A stretch of 64,000 bases of DNA, taken from positions 4,045,688 to 4,109,687 of the forward strand of contig CP070758.1 in assembly GCA_020348925.1 (NCBI GenBank). Reading direction: 5' to 3'. Positions 38,022 through 47,432 of the stretch are shown here, one piece after another (position 1 is the first letter of the stretch; the number at the start of each line of letters is the position of its first letter). The DNA is from Gemmatimonadota bacterium. GTDB taxonomy: Bacteria > JBHIER01 > G020348925. Under the pieces are notes generated by a model that saw nothing but the letters and a program-made list of their open reading frames with translations, was not told the origin of the DNA and made no database searches. Made by a program: the position numbers and the translations under genes.

Positions 38022-38822
38022 ATGTTTTCTTTCAATGACATCACAATAGGCCAATACAGAGACACGCGATCGATTGTTCATCGACTCGATCCTCGAACCA
38101 AATTTTTTATTTTGATTTTTCTCATGATCCCCATCCTGTGCACACAAACGCTCTATTCCCTGACAATAGTATCACTCATATGTATGTTGGCGATTCTTTT
38201 TGCGAAACTTCCGGCAACAATGATACTGAGAAACCTGCGCCCATTTTTGTGGCTTTTCGGAATCACATGTGTCCTTCATCTCTTCCTTACTGCGGGCACA
38301 TCGATACCCCCATTTCCGGTGAAGGGAGTCAATATCACCTTTGAAGGATTGGAAAGAGGTCTTTTCTTTTCGTTCCGGTTGGCCATTTTTATTGTAGCCG
38401 CGGCTCTCTTTTCTCTAACCACTTCTCCAACAGAACTCACTGACAGTGTTGAACATACGTTAAAACCATTACGACGGTTCGGACTGCCTGCCCACGAACT
38501 GGCCATGATTATGAACATAGCCTTACGGTTCATTCCAACAATTATCGAGGAAGCTGACAGACTGCGAAAAGCGCAATTGGCCAGAGGTGCCCATTTCTGC
38601 GGCGGTTTGATTCGACGAATAAAAGCACTTATCCCGCTGACCGTCCCTCTGTTTCTCTCCGCTTTTCGCCGGGCCGATGAATTGGCGATAGCAATGGAAG
38701 CTCGCTGCTACCGAGGGGGGATAGGTCGTACTCATTTTCAAGTCCGTACGTTAAGTATAAAAGATTATCTGACAATCTTTTTTATAGGTATCCTGTGCAG
38801 TAGTGCCTTTGTGATTCATTGA
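38022..38822 (+). CDS. ecfT: ECF transporter transmembrane component
   Basis: GQY...S.VHRLDPRTK, IALRFIP, AQLARG, AMEARCY. Confidence 0.93.
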   Translation: MFSFNDITIGQYRDTRSIVHRLDPRTKFFILIFLMIPILCTQTLYSLTIVSLICMLAILFAKLPATMILRNLRPFLWLFGITCVLHLFLTAGTSIPPFPVKGVNITFEGLERGLFFSFRLAIFIVAAALFSLTTSPTELTDSVEHTLKPLRRFGLPAHELAMIMNIALRFIPTIIEEADRLRKAQLARGAHFCGGLIRRIKALIPLTVPLFLSAFRRADELAIAMEARCYRGGIGRTHFQVRTLSIKDYLTIFFIGILCSSAFVIH

Positions 38823-38857
38823 GGGAAATGAGAAACCTTCAATGAAAATGAGGTCGT

Positions 38858-39586
38858 ATGAGAACAATAAAATTACTCATTGAATATGATGGAACCGATT
38901 TTTTTGGCTGGCAAGTCCAGGCGGAGAAGCGGACAATTCAAGGAGAACTGGAAACTGCCCTGCGGACTTTAGTCAACAGAGACGTCAATCTTATAGGCGC
39001 GGGTCGAACCGATACCGGAGTCCATGCCTTGGGCCAAGTTGCCCATTTTAAGACGGATTCTGAACTCGACGTCCTAACGATGTGCCGTGGGCTGAATAGC
39101 CTCCTTCCAGAAGATATTGTTGTTCATGATGTTCAAGAGGTACCGTCAGATTTTCACGCTCGCTTCGCTGCCAAATCCAGACGATACCAATATCGTATCT
39201 CTCGAGGGAGAAAGGCCCTCGGTCGGCAATTCAGCTGGTATCTCAACTATCAATTAAACGTTTCAACAATGGCACAGGCCGCGGAGCTGCTTCGAGGAAA
39301 ACATGATTTTCGTTCCTTCTGCTCAGCGGATACGGAAACAAGGGATTACACATGCACTCTGTTCAACATCAAATGGGCCTCGGAGAATAATACTCTGACT
39401 CTCGAAGTCGAGGCTGACCGGTTTCTGCAACACATGGTTCGGACCATTGTGGGAACATTGATTGAGATCGGACGGGGTCGGAAGGATCCCTCGGATGTGA
39501 ACACAATTTTGCAGGCACAGGACAGACGGAAGGCCGGGCCGACTGCCCCGGCTCAAGGCCTCTGTCTCATGGAGGTAACATATTGA
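38858..39586 (+). CDS. truA: tRNA pseudouridine(38-40) synthase
   Basis: EYDGT.F.GWQ, GRTDTGVHA, FL.HMVR, TAP..GL. Confidence 0.97.
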   Translation: MRTIKLLIEYDGTDFFGWQVQAEKRTIQGELETALRTLVNRDVNLIGAGRTDTGVHALGQVAHFKTDSELDVLTMCRGLNSLLPEDIVVHDVQEVPSDFHARFAAKSRRYQYRISRGRKALGRQFSWYLNYQLNVSTMAQAAELLRGKHDFRSFCSADTETRDYTCTLFNIKWASENNTLTLEVEADRFLQHMVRTIVGTLIEIGRGRKDPSDVNTILQAQDRRKAGPTAPAQGLCLMEVTY

Positions 39587-39646
39587 AAAAACTCAGAAAA
39601 ATCCAAACTCTCACTCAGAGCGGCCGTCTCCAAAGGAGGAAAATAG

Positions 39647-40300
39647 ATGAAAATCTTCATTGACACAGCAAATGTTTCTGAAATTCGCGAAGCCGTAAGC
39701 TTGGGTATCATCGACGGTGTCACGACAAATCCGACTCTGTTGTCCAAAGAGAAGGGAACGTTTCGTGAAATACTGATCGAGATCTGCTCTCTCGTTGACG
39801 GGCCCATCAGCGCCGAGGTCGTCAGTGAGCAATCCGAGGGAATGGTTGAAGAAGCCAGAGAATTGGCAAAAATCGGAAAGAACATCACAATAAAAGTCCC
39901 CATGAGTACCGAAGGAATGAAGGCCGTCACAATCCTCAGCCAGGAGTCCATATGGACCAATATGACCCTCGTTTTTTCACCGAGCCAGGCCATTCTCGCC
40001 GCCAAAGCAGGGGCACGCTTTATCAGCCCCTTCGTCGGCCGCGTCGACGACATGAGTCACTTCGGCATGGATTCCGTCCGCCAAATAGTGACCATCTATG
40101 AAAATTACGGATTTGATACCGAAATCATCGTGGCCAGTATCAGACATCCGCTTCATGTGGTGGAAGCAGCTCTTGCAGGGGCCCACATCGCAACCGTTCC
40201 CTTCAAGGTAATTCAACAGTTAGTGAAACATCCTTTAACTGATATCGGAATAAAACGTTTTCAGGAAGACTGGGAAAAAGTAACAAAAAAAACCTCGTAA
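39647..40300 (+). CDS. tal: Transaldolase / fructose-6-phosphate aldolase family
   Basis: FIDTAN, GVTTNP, IKVP, SPFVGR (Phe suggests transaldolase type), ASIRHP. Confidence 0.9.
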   Translation: MKIFIDTANVSEIREAVSLGIIDGVTTNPTLLSKEKGTFREILIEICSLVDGPISAEVVSEQSEGMVEEARELAKIGKNITIKVPMSTEGMKAVTILSQESIWTNMTLVFSPSQAILAAKAGARFISPFVGRVDDMSHFGMDSVRQIVTIYENYGFDTEIIVASIRHPLHVVEAALAGAHIATVPFKVIQQLVKHPLTDIGIKRFQEDWEKVTKKTS

Positions 40301-40308
40301 TCGAAACA

Positions 40309-41562
40309 ATGGAACAGAAGTCACATACACGATCATCAAGATTCAGAGTCCTCGTCTTCGGAATCATGGTCGTCCTGGCAATAATTCTCATCGGTCTGAA
40401 TACTGTCGGACGTAAGCACGATACGGCACCGTCAAACCTTCGTTCAACCGGAGTGCCTCAAACCGTTCACCTCGACTCCACTCATGTCAGGAAACCTTAC
40501 CAAAGTGAAACCTTGCAATCGAATCAGGACGAGATTACGACGTCACGTCGGAATGCCATTGTCCGTGCTGTCGAAAAAGTGGAGCCGGCCGTCGTGAGCA
40601 TTACGGTGACCCAGATCATTCGAACAAGGTTGTTTCCGTCCATTTTTGACGATCCTTTTCTGAGACATTTCTTCCCCGAATTCCGCAGGGAATATCAAAG
40701 AAAAGTGTACGGCATTGGATCGGGCTTTATCATCAGTGAGGATGGCTATGTCTTGACCAACGAACATGTGATCAGTAGCGCTCAGGAGATCGTGGTCACC
40801 CTTACAGACGGGACGCAATCAAAGGGGAAAGTCGTCGGCTCTGATTCGCGGCTCGACGTCGCCTTACTCAAGATCGACGAAAGAAACCTCCCATATGTGA
40901 CTCTCGGCTGCTCCGATGATCTCATTATTGGCGAATGGGCCATTGCGATTGGCAATCCCTTCGGATTCGTCTTGGACAAATCGAAACCGACCGTAACGAT
41001 TGGCGTTGTCAGCGCCTTCCACAGGGATTTCGAATCTCATCCCGGAGAGAGAGTCTATAAAGACATGATACAGACCGATGCCGCCATCAATCAGGGGAAC
41101 AGCGGTGGTCCCCTGGTCAACTCAAACGGTGAGGTCATTGGAATCAATACGTTCATCTTCACCGGCGGACAATATTCTGAGGGATCCATCGGGATCGGAT
41201 TTGCCATTCCTATCAACAGAGCAAAAAAGGTTGCCGATGAGCTGCTCCAGTACGGCCGTATCAGAGATTTCTGGACCGGAATCTCCATTCAGAATATCGA
41301 CTGGCTCATCGCTCAGAGCCTCGACTTACAATCAACGAATGGGGCCATCATCTCTCAAATAGAATCCGACAGTCCTGGCGAGCTCGCCGGGCTTCAAATC
41401 GGCGACATTATTCTCAAAGTGAATACAAAAATCGTGCAAGATACCGATGACGTTATCGACGCATTCGCGGAGGGACAGGTTGGGGACATCTATAACTTGA
41501 CTATTCAGCGACGGGGAAAAGAGATGAGCATCCCCCTCAAGTTGGAAGAGGTGACGCCATAA
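40309..41562 (+). CDS. HtrA/DegP-like serine protease with one PDZ domain
   Basis: GSGFII, TNEHV, IQTDAAIN.GNSGGPL. Confidence 0.95.
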   Translation: MEQKSHTRSSRFRVLVFGIMVVLAIILIGLNTVGRKHDTAPSNLRSTGVPQTVHLDSTHVRKPYQSETLQSNQDEITTSRRNAIVRAVEKVEPAVVSITVTQIIRTRLFPSIFDDPFLRHFFPEFRREYQRKVYGIGSGFIISEDGYVLTNEHVISSAQEIVVTLTDGTQSKGKVVGSDSRLDVALLKIDERNLPYVTLGCSDDLIIGEWAIAIGNPFGFVLDKSKPTVTIGVVSAFHRDFESHPGERVYKDMIQTDAAINQGNSGGPLVNSNGEVIGINTFIFTGGQYSEGSIGIGFAIPINRAKKVADELLQYGRIRDFWTGISIQNIDWLIAQSLDLQSTNGAIISQIESDSPGELAGLQIGDIILKVNTKIVQDTDDVIDAFAEGQVGDIYNLTIQRRGKEMSIPLKLEEVTP

Positions 41563-41625
41563 AGACAGCAGGACGACAGTATCATTCTTTCTGCAACGGA
41601 ATTCATTCTTCAAGGAGTAGCAGGA

Positions 41626-42924
41626 GTGATTGAGCGTTACACACTCCCTCGCATGGGAGCTGTTTGGACGGCCGAAAACAGATTTCAAAAGTGGCTCGAC
41701 ATCGAGATTTTGGCCTGTGAGGCCCATGCAGAACTGGGAATCGTACCGAAGGAGATGGCGCAGGCCATACGGCAAAAAGCCACCTTCAAGGTAGAGCGCA
41801 TCAACGAGCTTGAGGAGAAAAAGACAAAACATGATGTGATTGCTTTTTTAACAAATGTTGCCGAAAGTTTAGGGGATGAATCCCGCTACCTCCATCTTGG
41901 CATGACCTCCTACGATGTGGTGGACAACGCTCTTGTGCTTCAAATTCGAGAGGCCTGTGATATTCTCCTTGAGGATCTCGCGGGGTTGAAAGAAGTTCTC
42001 AAGACAAAGGCGTTGGAACATAGGAAAACAGTCATGATGGGCCGTACCCACGGCGTTCATGCCGAACCCATCACCTTTGGTCTCAAAATGGCATTGTGGT
42101 TCGACGAAACAAAACGAAACATCGAAAGGCTCAAGCAGGCCCGGGCGACCATTGCCTATGGCAAGATTTCCGGGGCTGTAGGGACCATGGCCCAAATTGA
42201 TCCCTTTGTTGAAGAGTACGTCTGCCGTAAATTGGGATTGAACCCTGCGCCGGTCTCCTCCCAAATCCTGCAGCGAGATCGTCATGCTCAATACATGACG
42301 ACCCTGGCCATCATCGCCAGTTCTCTGGAGAAGTTCGCCACCGAGATTCGCAATCTCCAGCGCACCGAAATACGTGAAGTCGAAGAACCTTTCGCCAAAG
42401 GTCAGAAAGGATCTTCGGCAATGCCACACAAACGAAATCCCATCCTGTGCGAACGAATTTCGGGTTTGGCCCGGGTCATTCGCAGCAACGCCTTTGTCTC
42501 TTTGGAAAATGTGGCTCTGTGGCACGAGCGCGATCTTACCAACTCGGCAACGGAGCGGGTTGTTATCCCCGATAGTTCCATCCTCCTCAACTATGTTATC
42601 ACGAAATTTACACATGTCATGAAAAATTTAACTGTGTATCCTGAGCGAATGCGACACAATATCGAAGCAACAGGAGGTATTATTTTTTCCCAATCTATCC
42701 TGATCGAGCTGGTGAAGAAAGGTTTGACGAGAGAAGAGGCCTACGCGCTCGTCCAAGAGAATGCCATGACATCTTGGCAGCAGACCTCAAACTTTTTAGA
42801 GCTCCTCCTCGGGGACGAAAAAATTCGATCCTATTTATCCGAAGACGAGATTCGGGCCTGTTTCAATCTCGATCACCATCTTAAAAATATCGATTATCTT
42901 TTCAAACGTACTGGATTAGGATAA
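41626..42924 (+). CDS. purB: Adenylosuccinate lyase
   Basis: GRTHGVHAEP, SSAMPHKRNP, HERDL.NS. Confidence 0.97.
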   Translation: MIERYTLPRMGAVWTAENRFQKWLDIEILACEAHAELGIVPKEMAQAIRQKATFKVERINELEEKKTKHDVIAFLTNVAESLGDESRYLHLGMTSYDVVDNALVLQIREACDILLEDLAGLKEVLKTKALEHRKTVMMGRTHGVHAEPITFGLKMALWFDETKRNIERLKQARATIAYGKISGAVGTMAQIDPFVEEYVCRKLGLNPAPVSSQILQRDRHAQYMTTLAIIASSLEKFATEIRNLQRTEIREVEEPFAKGQKGSSAMPHKRNPILCERISGLARVIRSNAFVSLENVALWHERDLTNSATERVVIPDSSILLNYVITKFTHVMKNLTVYPERMRHNIEATGGIIFSQSILIELVKKGLTREEAYALVQENAMTSWQQTSNFLELLLGDEKIRSYLSEDEIRACFNLDHHLKNIDYLFKRTGLG

Positions 42925-42950
42925 GAAGAATTACCGAAAGGAGGCACTTT

Positions 42951-43649
42951 GTGGACAAAAAGGAGTTAATCTGTGAGGGACAATCGAAGAAAGTCTATGC
43001 CACCTCAGATCCAAGCATGTGCATCCTCGAATTTCTCGATAAGATCCCTGCCGGGAAAAAAAAGAAAACGGTGAAGAAAAGGGCAACGAGCAGCACCCAG
43101 ATCTCTGCACGGCTCTTTCTCTATCTCAAAAGTTTTCGAGTTTTAAACCATTTCTTTAAAACTCTCAATGACAAAGAAATGTTGGTGAAAAAGCTGGACA
43201 TGTTTCCTTTCCGGGTCGTGGTTCGAAACATAGCCACTCCCGATTTTGCGAAAAGATACGGCTTCGAAAAGAACAGTCCCTTGACACCACCGATTTTCGA
43301 ATTTTACCCGAAAGCGTCGGATCTCAAAGAAGTGGCTATGAACGATTCCCATGTTTCCGCTCATGGTTTGGCCACGCAAGAGGAACTCAGACGGATAAAA
43401 GCGATTTCGACCCGTATCAACGCAGTCTTGGTCCCCTTCTTTCTTCGCCGGAAGCTCCGCTTGATCGAGTATTACCTTGAATTTGGGAAAGCCGAGGATA
43501 AGATTGTGCTTGGTGACGAGATCTCTCCCGATACAATCGTCTTATGGGACATCACAGACGATCCTGAGGCGAAAAAAGACATATTCAGTATCTTTTCGAA
43601 AACTCCTGAGAAAGGGTACACTGAAATTTTAAAGAGAGTTACCCAATAG
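42951..43649 (+). CDS. purC: SAICAR synthetase-like protein (divergent PurC)
   Basis: EG..KKVY, LVKKLDM.P..VVVRN, LEFG, GDEISPDT; follows purB; several active-site residues substituted. Confidence 0.7.
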   Translation: MDKKELICEGQSKKVYATSDPSMCILEFLDKIPAGKKKKTVKKRATSSTQISARLFLYLKSFRVLNHFFKTLNDKEMLVKKLDMFPFRVVVRNIATPDFAKRYGFEKNSPLTPPIFEFYPKASDLKEVAMNDSHVSAHGLATQEELRRIKAISTRINAVLVPFFLRRKLRLIEYYLEFGKAEDKIVLGDEISPDTIVLWDITDDPEAKKDIFSIFSKTPEKGYTEILKRVTQ

Positions 43650-43772
43650 AAGCTCACTGGAACTTTGGAAAAAGTCACTCAATGGAATCTCACTGTGATT
43701 TTGGGAACATAGCCTGCGAAAGGTTTACGTGGCCTTGGGAAAAAAGTCACAGAGGAGATGTGAGATCGAGCA

Positions 43773-44414
43773 ATGGCCAATAATCGTTCCGTATTAACAA
43801 TGATCCTCGTTGGTTTGGCGATCCTTTTGTTCGTTCTCACTATGCTTACTCGTCATCTTGTTCTGTTGTGCATTTTTTCACTGTATATTGGTGTTTTACT
43901 CTTCGTTCGATGGTCTCTTCGAGACCCGGAGCGAACCATTCCCCGCGGAAGCGGTCTTATCCTTTCGGCTGCAGACGGACGTGTGTGCTCTCTGGAACGG
44001 GTGAACGAACACCTCTTTCTGGGAGGAAATGGAATTGCCGTGGGGGTCTATCTGTCCCTCCTCGACGTCCATATCAACCGAAACTCCGCGTCAGGGGTTG
44101 TTGCATTTCTTTCGCATAAACCGGGGAAATTCTTACCGGCTTTTCGAAAGAAATCCTCTGAATACAATGAACAACAGATCATCGGTATCGAAAGTGATCG
44201 CGGTCGAATACTCATTAAACAAATTGCTGGTTCTTTTGCCAGACGCATTGTCTGCCGCCTGTGCCTGGGAGATATTGTACAGGCCGGAGAGCGTTTTGGT
44301 ATGATTACTTTCGGTTCAAGAGTAGAACACTTCCTCCCAGTCGACACAGAGATCAAAGTGAAGATCGGTGATAGAGTGAGAGCTGGTGAAAGTATCATCG
44401 GGGTGTTGTCATGA
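43773..44414 (+). CDS. psd: Phosphatidylserine decarboxylase proenzyme
   Basis: RDPER, ADG, DVHINR, QIAG..ARRI, FGSR autocleavage motif. Confidence 0.92.
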   Translation: MANNRSVLTMILVGLAILLFVLTMLTRHLVLLCIFSLYIGVLLFVRWSLRDPERTIPRGSGLILSAADGRVCSLERVNEHLFLGGNGIAVGVYLSLLDVHINRNSASGVVAFLSHKPGKFLPAFRKKSSEYNEQQIIGIESDRGRILIKQIAGSFARRIVCRLCLGDIVQAGERFGMITFGSRVEHFLPVDTEIKVKIGDRVRAGESIIGVLS

Positions 44415-45148
44415 AAAAAACAGGCTGGGCACTCCCGTATTTTTTTACCGTATCCAATCTCTTCTGCGGATTCTTGGCCGTAGCCTATAGTCTCAACGAA
44501 CAATATGTCGCTGCCTCGTGGCTCATTATTGCTGCTGGTTTTCTGGATGGTCTCGACGGAAAGATTGCTCGTTTTACAGGATCTTCAACGCGATTTGGTG
44601 TCGAGTTTGATTCGATGGCCGACCTCATATCTTTCGGGGTCGCCCCGGCTGTCCTTCTCTACAAATATCAGTTTTATCGATTGGAGTTTTTGGGTTGGAT
44701 TCTCATGTTCTTCTATATTGCAGCCGGAGCGTTTCGCCTGGCCAGATTTAATCTCCACTTCAAAGGAGTTCGCGAGGGATATTTTCGAGGGATACCCATC
44801 ACCATGGCGGGCATGACGATTGCCGCACTCATCATTTTTACAAGCAACGGCATTACGATAGTCGGAACTATTGGTACAACAACCGTACTCACGCTTCTTC
44901 TCTCCATCCTCATGATAAGTACCATTCGCTACGAGGGACTGCCCGGATTTGCTCTGACGACCCGCAAGGAAAAAGCCAAGGTTCTTATTCTAACACTCAG
45001 TGCTGTCGTGATCGTGATAAACCCCACCTTCACTTTTTTCCCTCTGATGGTCTGTTACATTCTTTGCGGTATCTTCGAATGGAGCTTCAGTATCGTCAAG
45101 AGAACCGTAAAGCCTTACATCCATAGCACTCGAAATCGAAATCTTTGA
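44411..45148 (+). CDS. pssA: CDP-diacylglycerol--serine O-phosphatidyltransferase
   Basis: DGLDG.IAR...FG.EFDS.AD.ISFGVAP, RLARFN. Confidence 0.93.
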   Translation: MKKTGWALPYFFTVSNLFCGFLAVAYSLNEQYVAASWLIIAAGFLDGLDGKIARFTGSSTRFGVEFDSMADLISFGVAPAVLLYKYQFYRLEFLGWILMFFYIAAGAFRLARFNLHFKGVREGYFRGIPITMAGMTIAALIIFTSNGITIVGTIGTTTVLTLLLSILMISTIRYEGLPGFALTTRKEKAKVLILTLSAVVIVINPTFTFFPLMVCYILCGIFEWSFSIVKRTVKPYIHSTRNRNL

Positions 45149-45157
45149 GGAACAACC

Positions 45158-45445
45158 ATGCACTATAAAAAAAGCAACTTAAGTATTCTTCTCATTTTCA
45201 TCATCGTCGGACTCATCATTGGCAGCGCAGTAGGTGAACTCTTGGCCTTCATCCTCCCTCAGGGGAGTGTCGTCGAGATGTTTTTCACACATCCTATCAT
45301 CCGCCCTGAATTTGGTCCGGCCACACTCAATCTCATTGTGGCCACAATCACTTTCGGATTCTCCCTGAAGGTGAATAGTATTAGTGTATTGGGTGTTATT
45401 TTTTCTGTTGTTTTGTTGAGAAGATATCTTTTCTTTTATAGATGA
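45158..45445 (+). CDS. DUF4321-like membrane protein
   Basis: G.IIGS..GE, P.TLNL....ITFG.SL.VN..S.LG. Confidence 0.8.
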   Translation: MHYKKSNLSILLIFIIVGLIIGSAVGELLAFILPQGSVVEMFFTHPIIRPEFGPATLNLIVATITFGFSLKVNSISVLGVIFSVVLLRRYLFFYR

Positions 45446-45477
45446 AAAAAACTGTTTTGAAAAAGGAGGTGTACACA

Positions 45478-45678
45478 ATGTTTGGTGGTGCCATTGGACC
45501 AGGTGAATTGATTATAGTCTTACTCGTGATTCTCCTTCTCTTTGGCGCGAAACGCCTCCCGGAACTCGCTCGTGGTATGGGTAAGGGGATCCGGGAGTTT
45601 AAAAAAGCGACGAGCGGCATCGAGGAAGAGATGAAGCTGGAGGAGAAGACGGAGGAGAAGGAAAAGAAGGCCGGCTGA
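45478..45678 (+). CDS. tatA: Twin-arginine translocase TatA/E
   Basis: AGGAGG RBS; G..EL.....LLFGAKRLPELARG.GKGIREFK. Confidence 0.95.
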   Translation: MFGGAIGPGELIIVLLVILLLFGAKRLPELARGMGKGIREFKKATSGIEEEMKLEEKTEEKEKKAG

Positions 45679-45707
45679 AGAACTCACCACTGAGAGCATT
45701 CGATAGC

Positions 45708-45750
45708 GCGGGTTGGATATAACATGATTTTGCCATGTTTTCCAACCCGC
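45708..45750. terminator. Hairpin after tatA
   Basis: GCGGGTTGGA..AACATG...CATGTT.TCCAACCCGC. Confidence 0.5.
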
Positions 45751-46202
45751 AAAGTCGGACGGTTCTGTGGATGATCCCGCATCTTCCGCATCACCGCTGA
45801 GAGAAGGATTTTTCCTTTCAACACTCTTTTTTCAACAGGTCATAGAGATTCACAAAAAAGCAGCCAGTCTCCTTTTTGCGATCTCACTCTCCTCTTACTC
45901 AGGGAGTTAAAAAATAAGCGCATGAAGCCATACCTGTTCGGGGATTCTGAAATGGCTCAACATCTCTAATTTTTTTTGCAACAATTTTTCTCGTTTTATT
46001 TCATTCACCGACTGTCAAAAAGCTTATCAGTTTTTAATCCAATTGTAATTGAAGCAATAAGCTGCGTAACGACGCCAACACAAAGCAACCTTTCGTCTGG
46101 TTCCGAACATAGTGCCATACCGGCTCCCGCTATGGCTAATGTCGCAAGCGAATTGATCAAAATATCACCTTGTTTTTTTATTAGCTTGCTTTATTCATGA
46201 AC

Positions 46203-46289
46203 TGTCATTTCGGCCGAAGTGCCGGAATCTCCTCGATTGGTGTAACGGATCCAAAACTCAGGAGATTCCGGTATAAATCCGGAATGACA
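46203..46289. repeat. RPE/dRS3-like nested palindromic element
   Basis: TGTCATTTCGG..GCCGGAATCTCC...GGAGATTCCGG..CCGGAATGACA. Confidence 0.7.
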
Positions 46290-46445
46290 TAGTCTTCATT
46301 TGTGGAAGATATCGTGGTAAAAAGTTCAAATGCAGTGTTTATTTTAACTATATAAATTAAATACGTTACGTCGCTGTTGCATTGATTGTATGAATAATCC
46401 AGGTTAGCAAGATGCACACCGAGTGACATTCCGCGGGATTCTCCA

Positions 46446-46661
46446 TTAACAACCTTGTAATATGGGCAAAATCACCGAACCAAAATTGTTAATGGCTTGA
46501 AGTGAATAGAACCTGTTTCTCCCCTTCACATCAATCACCTCACCCACCCGCTCGCTGATGACAACGATTTTTCCTCCCTCTTCCTGGGCATGAAGTTTAC
46601 GAAAAAAGAGGCAAATAATGCTCATAGATAACACTATCAGAAAGGGTATTCTCGGAAACAT
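46446..46661 (-). pseudogene. Truncated N-terminal paralogue of 49378-50358
   Basis: AQEEGGKIVVISERVGEVIDV matches AQKEEGEIVVISERVGESIDV, then the ORF stops early. Confidence 0.75.
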
Positions 46662-46683
46662 GATACACTTCCTCTGAACCTTT

Positions 46684-47374
46684 TTAAAAGGCAAGCAAAG
46701 ACAAAAATGAAAAGCCATTCTCACTATTGGGCACGATACCTATTTGAATTTTTTCTAACGGTACCTCCTCCCAGTACTGGCCCCACCCAAACAGCTGGGC
46801 AATAGCACCGAGGATCAAGCCGATTTCCCCGAAGAGTCCAGCCCCCAGAAGAATTGCGTCACGCATGGCTAAATCTCCTTCCCGAGTGCTCCCACCTATG
46901 AATCCTCCTATCACCATTCCCGCCACAAAGCCATAGGTTGCATTTCTCCCAGTTGCTCCAATAATAGCACCATTAACAGTGCCGCCAATGGCTGCACAGA
47001 GTTTCGCGAGGGGGTCAACGTCAACGAATGTTCCGACGAGATAACCTCCGGCAGCACCAACCAGAAGACCAATGCCTGCACCCTTCAATCCGTTCTTTGT
47101 ATTTATCCCCTATCCACGACTCCGACTCATATCAAATCTCTCCACCAAAGTGATCGGCACAACAATCGAAGCCGATAAGGAATCAGTTTTTCAACTGAAG
47201 GGTGTCGGCATCTAAGGATACAAAGGACTCAATAATTTCTCCACTCTGAGAGATAGGTGTCGAAATCCGGATCCGGGAGCCTGGGGCAAGTTCCAACTCT
47301 TCTTGAGCATCGAGATCAACAAAGAATGTAAAAAGGAGCATAATAATTGGTAAAATGACAGTTGAAATTCTCAT
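46684..47374 (-). pseudogene. Frameshifted paralogue of 49378-50358 (glycine-zipper membrane protein)
   Basis: PGSRIRIS...DTL.LK, frameshift near 47187, in-frame TAG near 47111, then KNGLKGAGIG...GATGRNATYGF...WEEVPL..IQI. Confidence 0.8.
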
Positions 47375-47432
47375 TTCTTTCTCCTTCCAACACATTATCA
47401 ATAATAAATTCGAAGATGAGTGTTTTCCCTTG

